Shown piece after piece: positions 35,830 to 47,800 of a stretch of 64,000 nt of DNA; within the stretch, counting starts at the first letter, position 1, and each line of letters starts with the position of its first letter. A program made the translations under genes and the position numbers. The DNA comes from Podarcis erhardii (taxonomy: Eukaryota). The notes beneath the pieces are model-generated. The model saw only the letters and a program-made list of their open reading frames with translations. It did no database searches and was not told the DNA's origin. The stretch is from the NCBI GenBank assembly GCA_964252035.1, contig OZ176207.1; one strand, 5' to 3'.

Positions 35830-38800
35830 GTAAGTACATTTTTCTTATGTAGATGATATAAGCTAAATAGTCTTCAAGTATAAGGATACAAAATCCTATA
35901 CTTGTTTTCAGAAGAACTTTCCCAAGCATTTTTTTCAGTAGCACTGCATAAACTACTTTGTTATTACAGTTTCAGAGGTTCAGTACTTTTTTATTCCACT
36001 TCCTAATCAATCACATTCCTATATTCAGAATGTGTATGCGTTGTAAAAAAATTTGTTTGATTAAAGAGGAATTATTCCACTGTAGAAAGTAGCTTTATAT
36101 TTTACATTCACGTATGTTTGAGGGAGGCAAATGATAATAAGGTTTATGTTAAAGGAGCTCTTTCTGAGTTGTTCATTGCTAACTAGTTGCACCATGTATT
36201 TCCCAACCTCACTGGACTTTCTGGAGATCGTAAAAAGAAGCAAAAAACAAAATCATTTTGATTTTGCACCATCTATTACCCAGATGTGTGTTTGTGCACA
36301 CACCTCTTTGATGAGGAATGCATGGTGTGTGCATAGGAATGCATAGGCCTTTTCCTACAGGAAAGTGGAATTCTGTTGTGATTCATTCCTTTTAAGCAAG
36401 AACTGCACCAGTCTAAGAGGGTACATGAGATTCTCAAGACAATATAACAATAAACTCTTTAGCTTGTTCACTATAAATCTTGGACTACAAGGCTTTTTAG
36501 ACAAGCTTCTTGTTAGGGAGAAGTCTTGTAGAATAGACAATAATGGGGGTGCATCAGTGCTTTCCTTCCTTCTTCCCAGCTGCCAGAAATCAAGGTGTTC
36601 CTGTGAACTTTCAAAGAAAACAGGAACTTCACGTAATGAACTCTGTCTACTTTTCTTCTGCTTCAGACTACCTTAACTATTGTTTCCCAGTCTGGTATGT
36701 CATACTTATTGTCTGTTACTTTCCTGTGCTGTACAGGCACTAATATTTAGCAACTGTATTCAGGTGACGTAGTTTGTCCTTGAAAGACAGATTTAGTCTG
36801 TGTGAATATTTAAATATATTTTGAATTTATATGCCCAATGATGTGGGGTTATTTTTTTTTAATAAGTAAATCGGATTTTTTACAAAAGGTTCTAAAAGAT
36901 ACCGTGAAAGTCAATAATGAAACAATTAAAGGCTTTCTAGGCATGGTTGCTAGACTTCTTCCCTTCTTTTTGCTTTAACAATGTATGCTAATTGTAGCAA
37001 GTATATTTTAGAAAAAAATGAATAGCATGAGATTGCCTCTGAGTCTGACTAATGGAATTGGTGGCAAAGTATAGTCAGAAAAACTATAGTCTCTTTGCTT
37101 GAAAAACTACATGATGACCAGGAAAACCAGTTACGTTGTTTCAAGCCTGCAATACTATGTCTACTCATTCCCATTCAAGTCCCATTCAATTCAGTGGGGC
37201 TTTACTCCTAGACAAATGGGGTTCCAACCTCAGTCAGTATTTCTGCTCCTTCACTTGCAAATGATAATGAATAGCTTCACACTTATTTCTGTTCAAAACC
37301 TAAGCAGCCTAATTAATCCTTCAAATATCCCATAGCTCAGGGGAGGACAGACTTCAGGCTTGTGGGATTTACATTTTTTTCTATTAAAACCTGAAGATCT
37401 ATTAACCAGAGCCAGGTACAAACAGACACAAGTACTTAGAATTAATAAATTCTGAACCCAGTGACTTTGAGCATCAGAACAAAACTGAACTCTTCAGTCC
37501 CTCCACACACTAATGCATCACTTTCTGCTTCATTTCAGCACTATGCAGTAATGTGGGTGTGGGAGTCATTGCTAAACAATTGGGGATTTGGGAATCCTTG
37601 CCAATCTACTTAAATTCCCCAGAAATCTGCTGGTAGATTTTGCTCCACAGTGTCCATCAATGCCCTAGCCTAGCCTAACCTGTCATATGGAGGGAAATAG
37701 TTAAATAAAGGAAAGTATGCAATTAGGGCAGGAAAGAGGAACCTGTGGCCCTCCAGCTGTGGTTGTACTTGCAAGTTCTCTAAGCCCCAGCCAGCATGGG
37801 CTGTGGGTGTGGATCATGGGGGTTGTAGTTAACATTTGAAGAGCCTGAACTTTTCTGTCCATGACATAGGCCATGATATAGAAATCTTCTGTATTTCTGT
37901 TCAAGCCAGCAAAACCTCTTAGCCACAAATGCTGTGACCCAAATTCTAAGAAGTTGGTTATTCAGGATTAGAGTGGCAAACTGCAAGAACCACCCACATG
38001 TGTTGCCTCTTGATTCACTGGAATCTTTGATTGTCCTTGAATCTTCCTGCCACAATTGACATCCTCTCCTGCCACACCAGTGTGGCAAGCCACACCGCTT
38101 GAGAACCACTGACTTAAACCATCGGTCTAATAAGGCACATATATATGCTTTTGCCAATATATTGGTCTAGCATTTTATGTCATTCTCTTCCCCCATCCCA
38201 AGCTTCACAATTATGTGGACCTCCAGAGGAAAGAGTACAGAAAAACTAGTGGGGAAGATGGAAGAATGACTGTGGAAAGTCCAACAAGTTCAGCAAGTGT
38301 GTAATTATAGCAATTATCCACATTCATTTAGGGAAGTGGGGAGAAGCCCTCTTTATGGAAAAAGGCATTTTACAACTTTTAAGAATTAGAATAAAAATAA
38401 TTAATGGACTGAGTAAAGGTAAAGGGACCCCTGACCATTAGGTCCAGTTGTGACTGACTCTGGGGTTGCGGCGCTCATCTCGCTTTATTGGCTGAGGGAG
38501 CCAGTGTACAGCTTCCGGATCATGTGGCCAGCATGTCTAAGCCGCTTCTGGCGAACCAGAGCAGCGCACAGAAACACTGTTTACCTTCCCACTGGAAGGT
38601 ATTTATCTACTTGCACTTGGATGTGCTTTCGAACTGCTAGGTGGGCAGGAGCAGGGATCGAGCAACAGGAGCTCATCCTGTCACGGGGATTTGAACCACC
38701 GACCTGATCGGCAAGTCCTAGGCTCTGTGGTTTAACCCACAGCGCCACCCGCGTCCCTGTAATGGACTGATATATACAAATATTAAGTTGTGTATTATCA

Positions 38801-41800
38801 GGCAAATGCTGTAACAAATTCAGTCTGCTTCTGTTCTTAACCTGATAGTCCCCAGTAAATGGCTGGCATAGGACAAAGGTAGCTAATCACTTTAAACCCA
38901 AGGACTGCATTCAGTTTTGACCAACCTGCTTGAGGGTTTGATGCCAGAGGAGAGAAAAAGAAATTCATGTTCACCTGCATGCACTGTACTGCAGGGCACT
39001 TGTTCACCAATGAATCTCTGTCTCTGGCACACACCGCAACCATGCACATACAGGGATCCTTTCTTTTTCTTCCCCTGTGCAACTCTTCATTAATTCTACA
39101 GGTGACAGCACCCTTTGTCTTTGTCCTCAGTGCAACTTAATGGCAACAGCAATCTCTCCATTAACTTGACTGGAGAAGGGAAAAGGCCTTTGGTGGGCCA
39201 TGTGAGGCTGTCTTGTGGGTCTGATCTGGTCCATAGTTCATAGATTCGTCACCACTGCCACAGGATACAATAGTATACCTTAAGGCAGTTTACTGTCAGT
39301 GTACCATAAGAGCAGTGCTAGGAAATATTTGTTGTGCCAGATGCTTACATGTTTTATGCTGGTGCTTAGCAATGTGAAATATTATTTTGCCGAATATGAC
39401 CACCTCTTTTATTCATGTATCTCTATGGTCTCCCTTATTCCTGAGTTCAGATCTTTGTAGTTGTATACAACCTAGATAGCATCAGTTTTATAGACCGTTA
39501 TTCATCTCCCTTTTCACCTGACCACTGATACTGTGTTAGTGGCACAGGTTGATGAACCTGAAAGTCAATAGGAACAACAATTAGGACATGCAACAAAAAG
39601 TTGCCGTGTATCCTTGCCCCCCCCCCCCAAATAACAGGGTTGTTCTGTACTCTCTGGGTGCTATAAGCTGTAAGGGCTTAAGCAAGCCATCTCAAGCGCT
39701 TAAGCAAGCCTGTCATTTCATATGAAGCTAACTTTGGTAACAGGTTGTGCTTCTCTGGTAATTCATTATCCAAATTTAAAAAGCATACTTAGTTTTTAAT
39801 ACAGCACAGGACCAACTGTTGTAAAGTAGTTGTACAATACCCACAGTGGATGAAGCAGAGCCTTTAGCAAAGTGTAATGGAAGAGTGGTTTGGCCAGGAT
39901 TCTTCAGGAAAACTTGGAAAGGAATGGGGTTGAGACAGCTACCCAAGGCAGATCCCAGAATAAAATGACATTGCCAACCCAAAAGTGAAAAACTAGGTTT
40001 AGAAAACCCGAATTTACAGTGGGTGGGCATGATGTAACCACAAGTTTTTGATGTTGAAAATTATTGCAAAGACATGTTCTTTCTTGACAAAGAATGAAAT
40101 TTATGATATTTTATTTCTTGTAATGAAAATTTTATGTATTTTGGACATCATGGGGGAAAATGGCTACTGGGCAGCCATTTCGTACAACTTTCCTACAATC
40201 CATAGCTGTAATAGAAAAAAATTAATGAAACAAAGTTGTATATCTTAAAAATTAAAATAATATTGGTTATTATAAGTTCTTTTTGAAAGTGTAGACTTGT
40301 TTTAATTTTGGGAAATTTGAAGTTATTACAGCTATGGATTTTCTAAACCTAGTTTTTCCACCCAAAAAACTAGGCTACAAGTGCATTTTAAAAAAAATTT
40401 TAAAAAAATAGGCATTTATAAAATCTTTTGAGTGCTGGTGTATTTTTTTCTTAAATCGTCATCATTTTATTGAGCTCTGTGTAAAATTTCAATCTGATAC
40501 TTGTTTATGGAGAAGAAGAAGAAATGTACACAAGGGTATCTTATGCCGAGGGTCTCAATAGGGACAGACAATGCAGATTTAACAAAACTTCGAAGTACTA
40601 TAAAATTAAAACCGTTTGAGATGGAGGGAAAAATTTAAGTGGGTTTCAAATTTCATCAACATCTGAGATGGATGGTGACATGACCTCATTGAAATGACAT
40701 GGAATGACCCTTTGCTTAAACTCAGGTTGATGACGGTTCTTGGATATTCTTAAGCATTTCTATTTGGCTAAATAGTCAGGTGTTCACATGAATTTATCTT
40801 TACCTGTCTTGCAGCCCAGGGCTGGTCCAGGCATTAAGCAGAGTGAGACTGCTGCCTCAGGCAGCAGAAGCCCCCAAGGCTGTGTCCTTATGGGCACCCC
40901 TTCTGCCCCACTGCCTCCACCGCTGCCATTTACACTGATTTCCAGCGAGATTTTTCTTCAAATTGGCACCATTGCTGGAGGCACCAGGATGGCACTTCCT
41001 GTTTCTCCTTAAGCGAGTAAAATGGGACACTCCACCCCTGTTGCAACCTACCTATGTGATGAAACATAATTATAATTAGATTATGAAACAATGAACTGAA
41101 GGTTGGGAAGTTCCCCTATTCAGATCTTGCCTCAGGTGACTTGGTAAACAATTTTGAGTATAGCACAATAAACATAGAAAAATTTCTAAATATTTTACCC
41201 TACCTTGCCTTAACCTGAAATGATTTTATTCCATTCTTTCTAAAAAAAAGCCCAGACCAGTACACTACATTTAAAAACTTATAAATGATCGACATGGAAG
41301 GGCAGTGAAATAGCAGAACTACTAAATTCCATAGCCCGTTTATGGCCCAGATCCCCAGGTGAACATTTTAAAAATTGGTATCTGAATAGTGACAGTGTGG
41401 GGGACAACCACATTTCCTTTGGGAGGGAGTTCCATGTTCAGGGTGCTGCCACTGAGAAGGCCACTGCCTTAGACCACCACCAATAAGCCAGGCCACTGGT
41501 TGGATCTTGGAACACAGACCTGTAGGTATTGGGAGAGCACTCCCATTGGGAGAGTAGGTATTGGAAGGAGTACTTTGCTCCTAAGTCATCTGGGGCTTTG
41601 TACACCAGTACCAACACATTAAAATAGGCCCAGTAGCATGCAGTCAGCCAGTGCAGAGTTCTGAGGATTGGAATCACTTGAATCCCATCTGGCTGCCCCT
41701 TTTAGGAGCCTGGCAACCACATTTTGCACTAACTGCATCTTCCAGACTATAGTTAAGGGTAGCCCCACGTAGAGTGCATTGCAGTAACAAGTCATGAGGT

Positions 41801-44800
41801 TATCAGAGCGTGGATTACTGAGACCTGCTGTCCAAGTCCATGAATTGCTATAGCTGGTGAGGAGTAACTATTCCCACTGAGGCTACTTGTACTTCCAGTG
41901 ACAGCTTTGAAATCTTGGAGAGCTCCCAAACCATGTACCTTTTTTCAGGTACAGTGCAACCCCATTCAGAACAGTCTCTCCAATTCCTGGACTTGGAAAC
42001 TCTAAATGTGAGCAGGTGGTTCTTAAAGATTAGCATCTACAGCTCCAGGTCCTCTGTGCAACAGCAACAACAAAGGTGGTTATTCCCCCACTTTGCAGGT
42101 GTTTTCAAGAAGAGGGTGTGCCCATGAAGTAGTCAGTGAAATCTTTTGAGTCAGATGGGACAGATTCCTTATCAACAGAAGAATTCCTTTTGAAGGTAGT
42201 GTAATGTTGTAAGCGGATTTTCTCTACAGATTTTCATATATGTGCTTTCATGGGGTGGAGCCAATTGTATTGGGATGATCAGATATGTTTTCAGTTGCCC
42301 ACTCTACTTGCAGAAAATGTTTCTCAGGAGCAAGGCAGAGATGGAATGAGATTCTTAATATTTGATAATGGAACAGCAGCAATGATCTGAAAAGGACAAA
42401 AGCCATTGCAATTTTGGCAGGACACTATAATTCCTCTACAGAACAGGAATGTTTTCTTTGGAGATGGACTTTATTGATACTGACTGCATTTATCAAAGAG
42501 TGCACAAGTATGTTGAAGAGTAACTAAACAAGATTATGAGATTTAGCATATGCTGGTGGAGAAACTGAGATGAACCCCCGATGGTTACCTTTGTGTCCCA
42601 AGGTAACCATATAACCCAGATTAGAAGCTCTTACTATTTTTCATTGACAGAAGCTAGTCCAATACAAGATATCATTTTTAAGAGCAATGTAACTTCTGTC
42701 TAAAGTAACAAAAGAGAAGTCAGCAGTTACCTAACTGGCAGACAAGTCAGTCATTTATGAGGGCATTAAAAAGTAGTTCAAAAGAGGCTTCCTTTCCAGG
42801 AATGTACTCAATCCTTCATATTGAATGTCCAGTTGTGATGTGGCCTTTGCTTGCCTGTCATTTGCAACTGTAGTTCTGGTGCTTCTTTGAGTAAGCTTTT
42901 GCAATGCAAAGTTGATATCAAATGTTAACCTTCCCTTCTCTTCTTAACAGGTTATGAGGTGCACGGCCTAGAAAAAATACCTGATGGACCAGCCCTATTT
43001 ATTTTTTATCACGGAGCAACACCTATAGACTTTTTCTACTTCGTGTCTGTTGCTTTTACTAAGAAGAAAAAATTCATCCATGTAGTTGCTGATCACTTCG
43101 TCTTTTCATTACCAGGTAAAAACTGTGAAATGTGATTATGATGCTTGTAGATCAGTTAAGAGTACTAACTGGACATCTGAAGACACGTGTTATGGACAGG
43201 GTTTATTTGTTTGTGTACACAGGTGCATTCATACATAAATTCAGTGAGCAAATATGCAGTTTGTAGAGTTTTAGAACAACTCAAAATGCAGAAATGAACA
43301 CTGGCTGTGTTTGTATGTCGTTTTGTTTCTCTCTCCTCCCCCCCCCCCTTACATTTATATCCTACCTTTCTTCCACCATGGAGCCCAAGGTGGTATACAT
43401 ATGATTCCCAGGCAGTTCTGCATTGAGATTCTGACCAGGCCTTGGCCCTGCTTACCTGTAGCAATGTGGTAGCTCCATGTGACTTCAGATCGCAGACCTG
43501 GGATCCATAGCTTACCATGACACATGAACACACTCACTGAGAATGTTCTTAAATTGTGGCTTCTGCATTGCAGATTTGAAATTTAACTTACTTTATTATG
43601 ATTTGCTTACTGGACTGAGTTCTGTCTTCAGTGGTGAAAATCGGTAATAATGATCTGAAAAGGGATTGACTGTACCTTTTCTAGTTGTAGCCCTTTGAAG
43701 ATGGAAACAGTATCTTTCATGACTTTTAAAAATATATCCTATATTAAAAACTAAATAACCATTCCTGAGGAATGGTTAGAAAATAAGGTGTTTCTTATTC
43801 ACAGTTGCAGCCCCATACAGATGTAATACTTAACAGTGGTTAGAATTTGCCATAGTTGTTTCCTTTACCCTTTGCTAAAATTCCCAAATGTGCCATGAAA
43901 TATATCTTGCTGTGCTAATTACCCTTCGGTGAGAGTGGTGTAGAAAAACACTGTTAAACTAAATAAAATTTAATGTGACCAAATGGAACGGTCACTTGCC
44001 AAATTATTAATTGTACCGAGAATTCTGTCTGATTACACCAAACTCTATGAAACTTTTAAATTTATAGTCTATAAAACAATTCACAAATTTTATGAAATAT
44101 AATGTGTCTTCAAAACACTAACTTTTCTAGAGTGATAATAGTAATGGTTTGTTGTTTCTGTATTAGTACCATGTAAGCCCTGCAGCACTAAGCTTGAATT
44201 GGCCCAAATGCACCTGATATGTGGAAATTAGGTAACAAACTTTGTCCTAGAGAAAAATGATGAGTCAATAGTTGCTTAAAATTATCACTATTTTGTTTTG
44301 AAAGTACCGTATTTTTTGCTCTATAAGACTCACTTTTTCCCTCCTAAAAAGTAAGGGGAAATGTGTGTGCATCTTATGGAGCAAATGCAGGCTGCACAGC
44401 TATCACAGAAGAAGCCAGAACAGCAAGAGGGATTGCTGCTTTCACTGCGCAGCGATCCCTCTTGCTGTTCTGGCTTCTGAGATTCAGAATATTTTTTTTC
44501 TTGTTTTCCTCCAAAAACTAGGTGCGTCTTGTGGTCTGGTGCGTCTTATAGAGCGAAAAATACGGTAAATGTTTTGATTAAGCCCAATATTGATGCAGGA
44601 GGATGTGAACAAGAGGTGGGTGCTGGACTGCATTTAGGTGTATAAAATCCAATTCTTTCATGGTTTTGTTCAATATTTCCATTTTTCTTTTTTGCCTACT
44701 GTTTATTCCAGATTTCTCTCATGAGCTATTTGTTTCTTAACTCTTTGCAGGTTTCAAAATCGTAGTTGAAGTGTTTCGTACTTTGCCTGGATCACAGGAG

Positions 44801-47800
44801 GAATGTATAAAAGCATTAAAGAGCGGATGCTCATTGGCCATTTCACCAGGAGGAGTTCGGGAAGCCCTGTTTGCTAATGAATACTACCCCATACTATGGG
44901 GAAATCGTAAAGGATTTGCTCAAGTGGCTATTGATGCAAAAGTGGTGAGTGTTTTCTGAGCATAAATGCAATATAACTTCAGGCATCTTAACCAAACCAG
45001 CACCATCAGTGTTGGAATCTTTCTATATGTAAAATCAACAAAGTAAAGACAGATGATTTGCTTGCTCATGTTCTTCATCCAGAGAGAACTACAAGAAGCA
45101 GAGACAAGCAAGCAGAAATTGAAACAAAATGGATGCACTTAATGGCTCTTCAAAAAATGTTTATATGGAAGCCCACCACATACATTGAGAATCTATATAA
45201 ATAATGTTTCCATTTATCCAAGTTGATCAGATCTTACATATTCCAAAGTAGTTGTATAAATGGTAAAGTATTGTGTTAGTGCCCTGGTTCTTCTGTGTAA
45301 CACCGTAGTGTATGCCAACAAAACCATCAATTTCCTGGAAATTACAGAACATCAAATAAAATCCTGAATTGTTCCTCCTGTCTTATCTTTTGAATGGCCA
45401 TCTAGACTAATGTGAATAAATGAATGTGTTATATGCAAGGCTATTACTGAAGATTTCTTAATAGGTTATGTTGCTTTCAGATGTTTTGTCTGATTGACTA
45501 TCATACAGTCTGATGGCTTGATCCATATTTTTTTTTTGGAGGGGGGCTGTCCTGGTACAAAAAAAGGCTTTAATTGTATCAGTCTTTTCATTCTGAAAAT
45601 TAATTTCATTTGCCCTTGTTTTAAATAAATAGAAGGCAAAGTCTGCTTTTTCAAATTGCATTGAGGATGAAATTAATGATCTTATGGACAAAATAATGTT
45701 TTTTAACAGGAACAGCTCACATAGAATGCTGAGAAGTACCGTATTTTTCGCTCTATAAGACACACTTTTCCCCCTCCAAAAATTAAGGGGAAATGCAGGC
45801 TCCATGGCTTCAGCGAAAGCAACGCAAAGCCAGGAGAGCAAGAGGGATCGGTGCACACCAATCCCTCTTGCTCTCCTGGCTTTGCTTTGCTGGAGAGGCG
45901 CTGCACAGCTTTCCCTCTCTGCACAGCGCTCTTTCAGCGAAGCTGGAGGAGAAATGGAAGGGGCTCCGTTTCTCCTGCCGCTTCGCTGGAGGGGCGCTGC
46001 GCAGAGAGGGAGATATTTTTTTTTTTCTTGTTCTCCCCCTCTAAAACTAGGTGCGTCTTATGGTCTGGTGCATCCTATAGAGCGAAAAATACGGTATCAG
46101 AAGTGATAAGATATTGATTGTGATCCTATATACCTTAATTTTTAGCATTCCAATTGTTTCTGTTAGAATATGCGGCTATGAAACACAAGCATTTGGGTGA
46201 AATAGATTCTTGTTCTAGTTGTGAGTAGAGTGGTTTGGTTTTCCTTTGAAAATACAGATTTACCTTGAGGGTTTTTCTTACTCCAAAACAAATTCTTTCT
46301 TTCTCTACAGAATCACATTCTAAGTTTATAGGTGTAATAATAGGGGATTCATATTATGCTGTGGCTAAAAACTCAATTTTGTGATAGAGACCCAGGTTCA
46401 AATGCCCATTCCCATATGAATCTCATTGGGTAATCTGTTTCACTGGACAGCTGTGAAAAGAGTAAGTGGGAAAATTGCACTAAGCTCTTTGGAGCAAGCA
46501 TAAGATACAAATGTAATTAATGAATGGTTTAGCATGGTTCTCTCGGCTTTCTACTCATTTAATAATCCTATAATGATACAAAGTAATCGTTAGTGTGTAA
46601 TCACTGAGGAATGCACTCTGTTATTTAGGATGCAACGCCTTGAGTGTGAGACAGAAACTGCTAACGCATGTCCTTCATCTTTACAGCCCATCATTCCCCT
46701 TTTCACACAAAATGTTCGGGAAAGCGTTCGAACATTTGGTGGAATAAGTAAGCAACTTCAGTTTTTGGGGTTTTTATATTATGCTTTCAGTTGTTACATT
46801 TATTGCTTTCCTGGTTGAACCTTTGGCTTGCTATCTTTGGTGCATATAGGGGTAAGATTTTCTTTCTTGAACGATGTGGTTGACATTTTAATCATTAAGT
46901 GCTGTGAAGTGAATATGTATTTGTAATCCAAAACATCTGGAGGGATGAGGTTGCTTTATGCTAACTCCAGCTCTACAAATCCACAAGTGTCAGTTGTCCT
47001 TTTGGAATTATTAGCAAAGCCTTAATACCTAGATATATACTGTTCTGTGTAGCAAGGTGTTCCAGACTGGTTCCATTTTTTCTTAAATCTCCTATTACCT
47101 TCCCCCCACCTATGCCTTTGACATTCAATTTTGTAAAAAAGAGAGACAGAGAAAAAGTGTAATTCACAACCATTACAAAATATAACAGAAGGCTTTGTTG
47201 CCGTTCTATCCCCTGATCCTTTTTGTTGCTTTCCTTTCTATTGTTTTCTGCCTCCACCCTATTCATGCTCAGTCCTCTCATATGTCTGCTTCTCAGCCTA
47301 GCCTTCAACCATCCTTTAGGCAGCCACCATGAATCTGTTTATCCCATACTTTAGTTTCCATACTTCATAAGTCATCTTTCTGCTCTGCTTTCCCTGTGCC
47401 TGCTTCCTGCCTTCTCTTTTTCCTAGGCACTATACAAGAGGTTTTCCCCACCCCACCCCCCAAACCAGGCTCTTAAAAAAAATAAATGGAGGGTCACTAT
47501 TGTAGTTGTTAAGTAAATCTTAAAATATTAGCTAATTGCATGTATAATCAAAGATAAAGAAGGCAGACTAAATTTCATTTAAGGGTCTTCCTAAAAGGGG
47601 TGGGGAATTTGCTGCAGTTCTCACACTTGTTTAGATATAAGTTCTGTCCCTCTTATGACAATAGCACATTGATTGACTATGGTCCTATGAAGACCTAAAG
47701 AAAGGCTAAGCAGAGAATCTACTGGTATTTATCACAGGACATGCTCCCTGTCTTATAACACAGGTATTTAAGAAAGCAGCAATATGTTTCTAGAACAATG

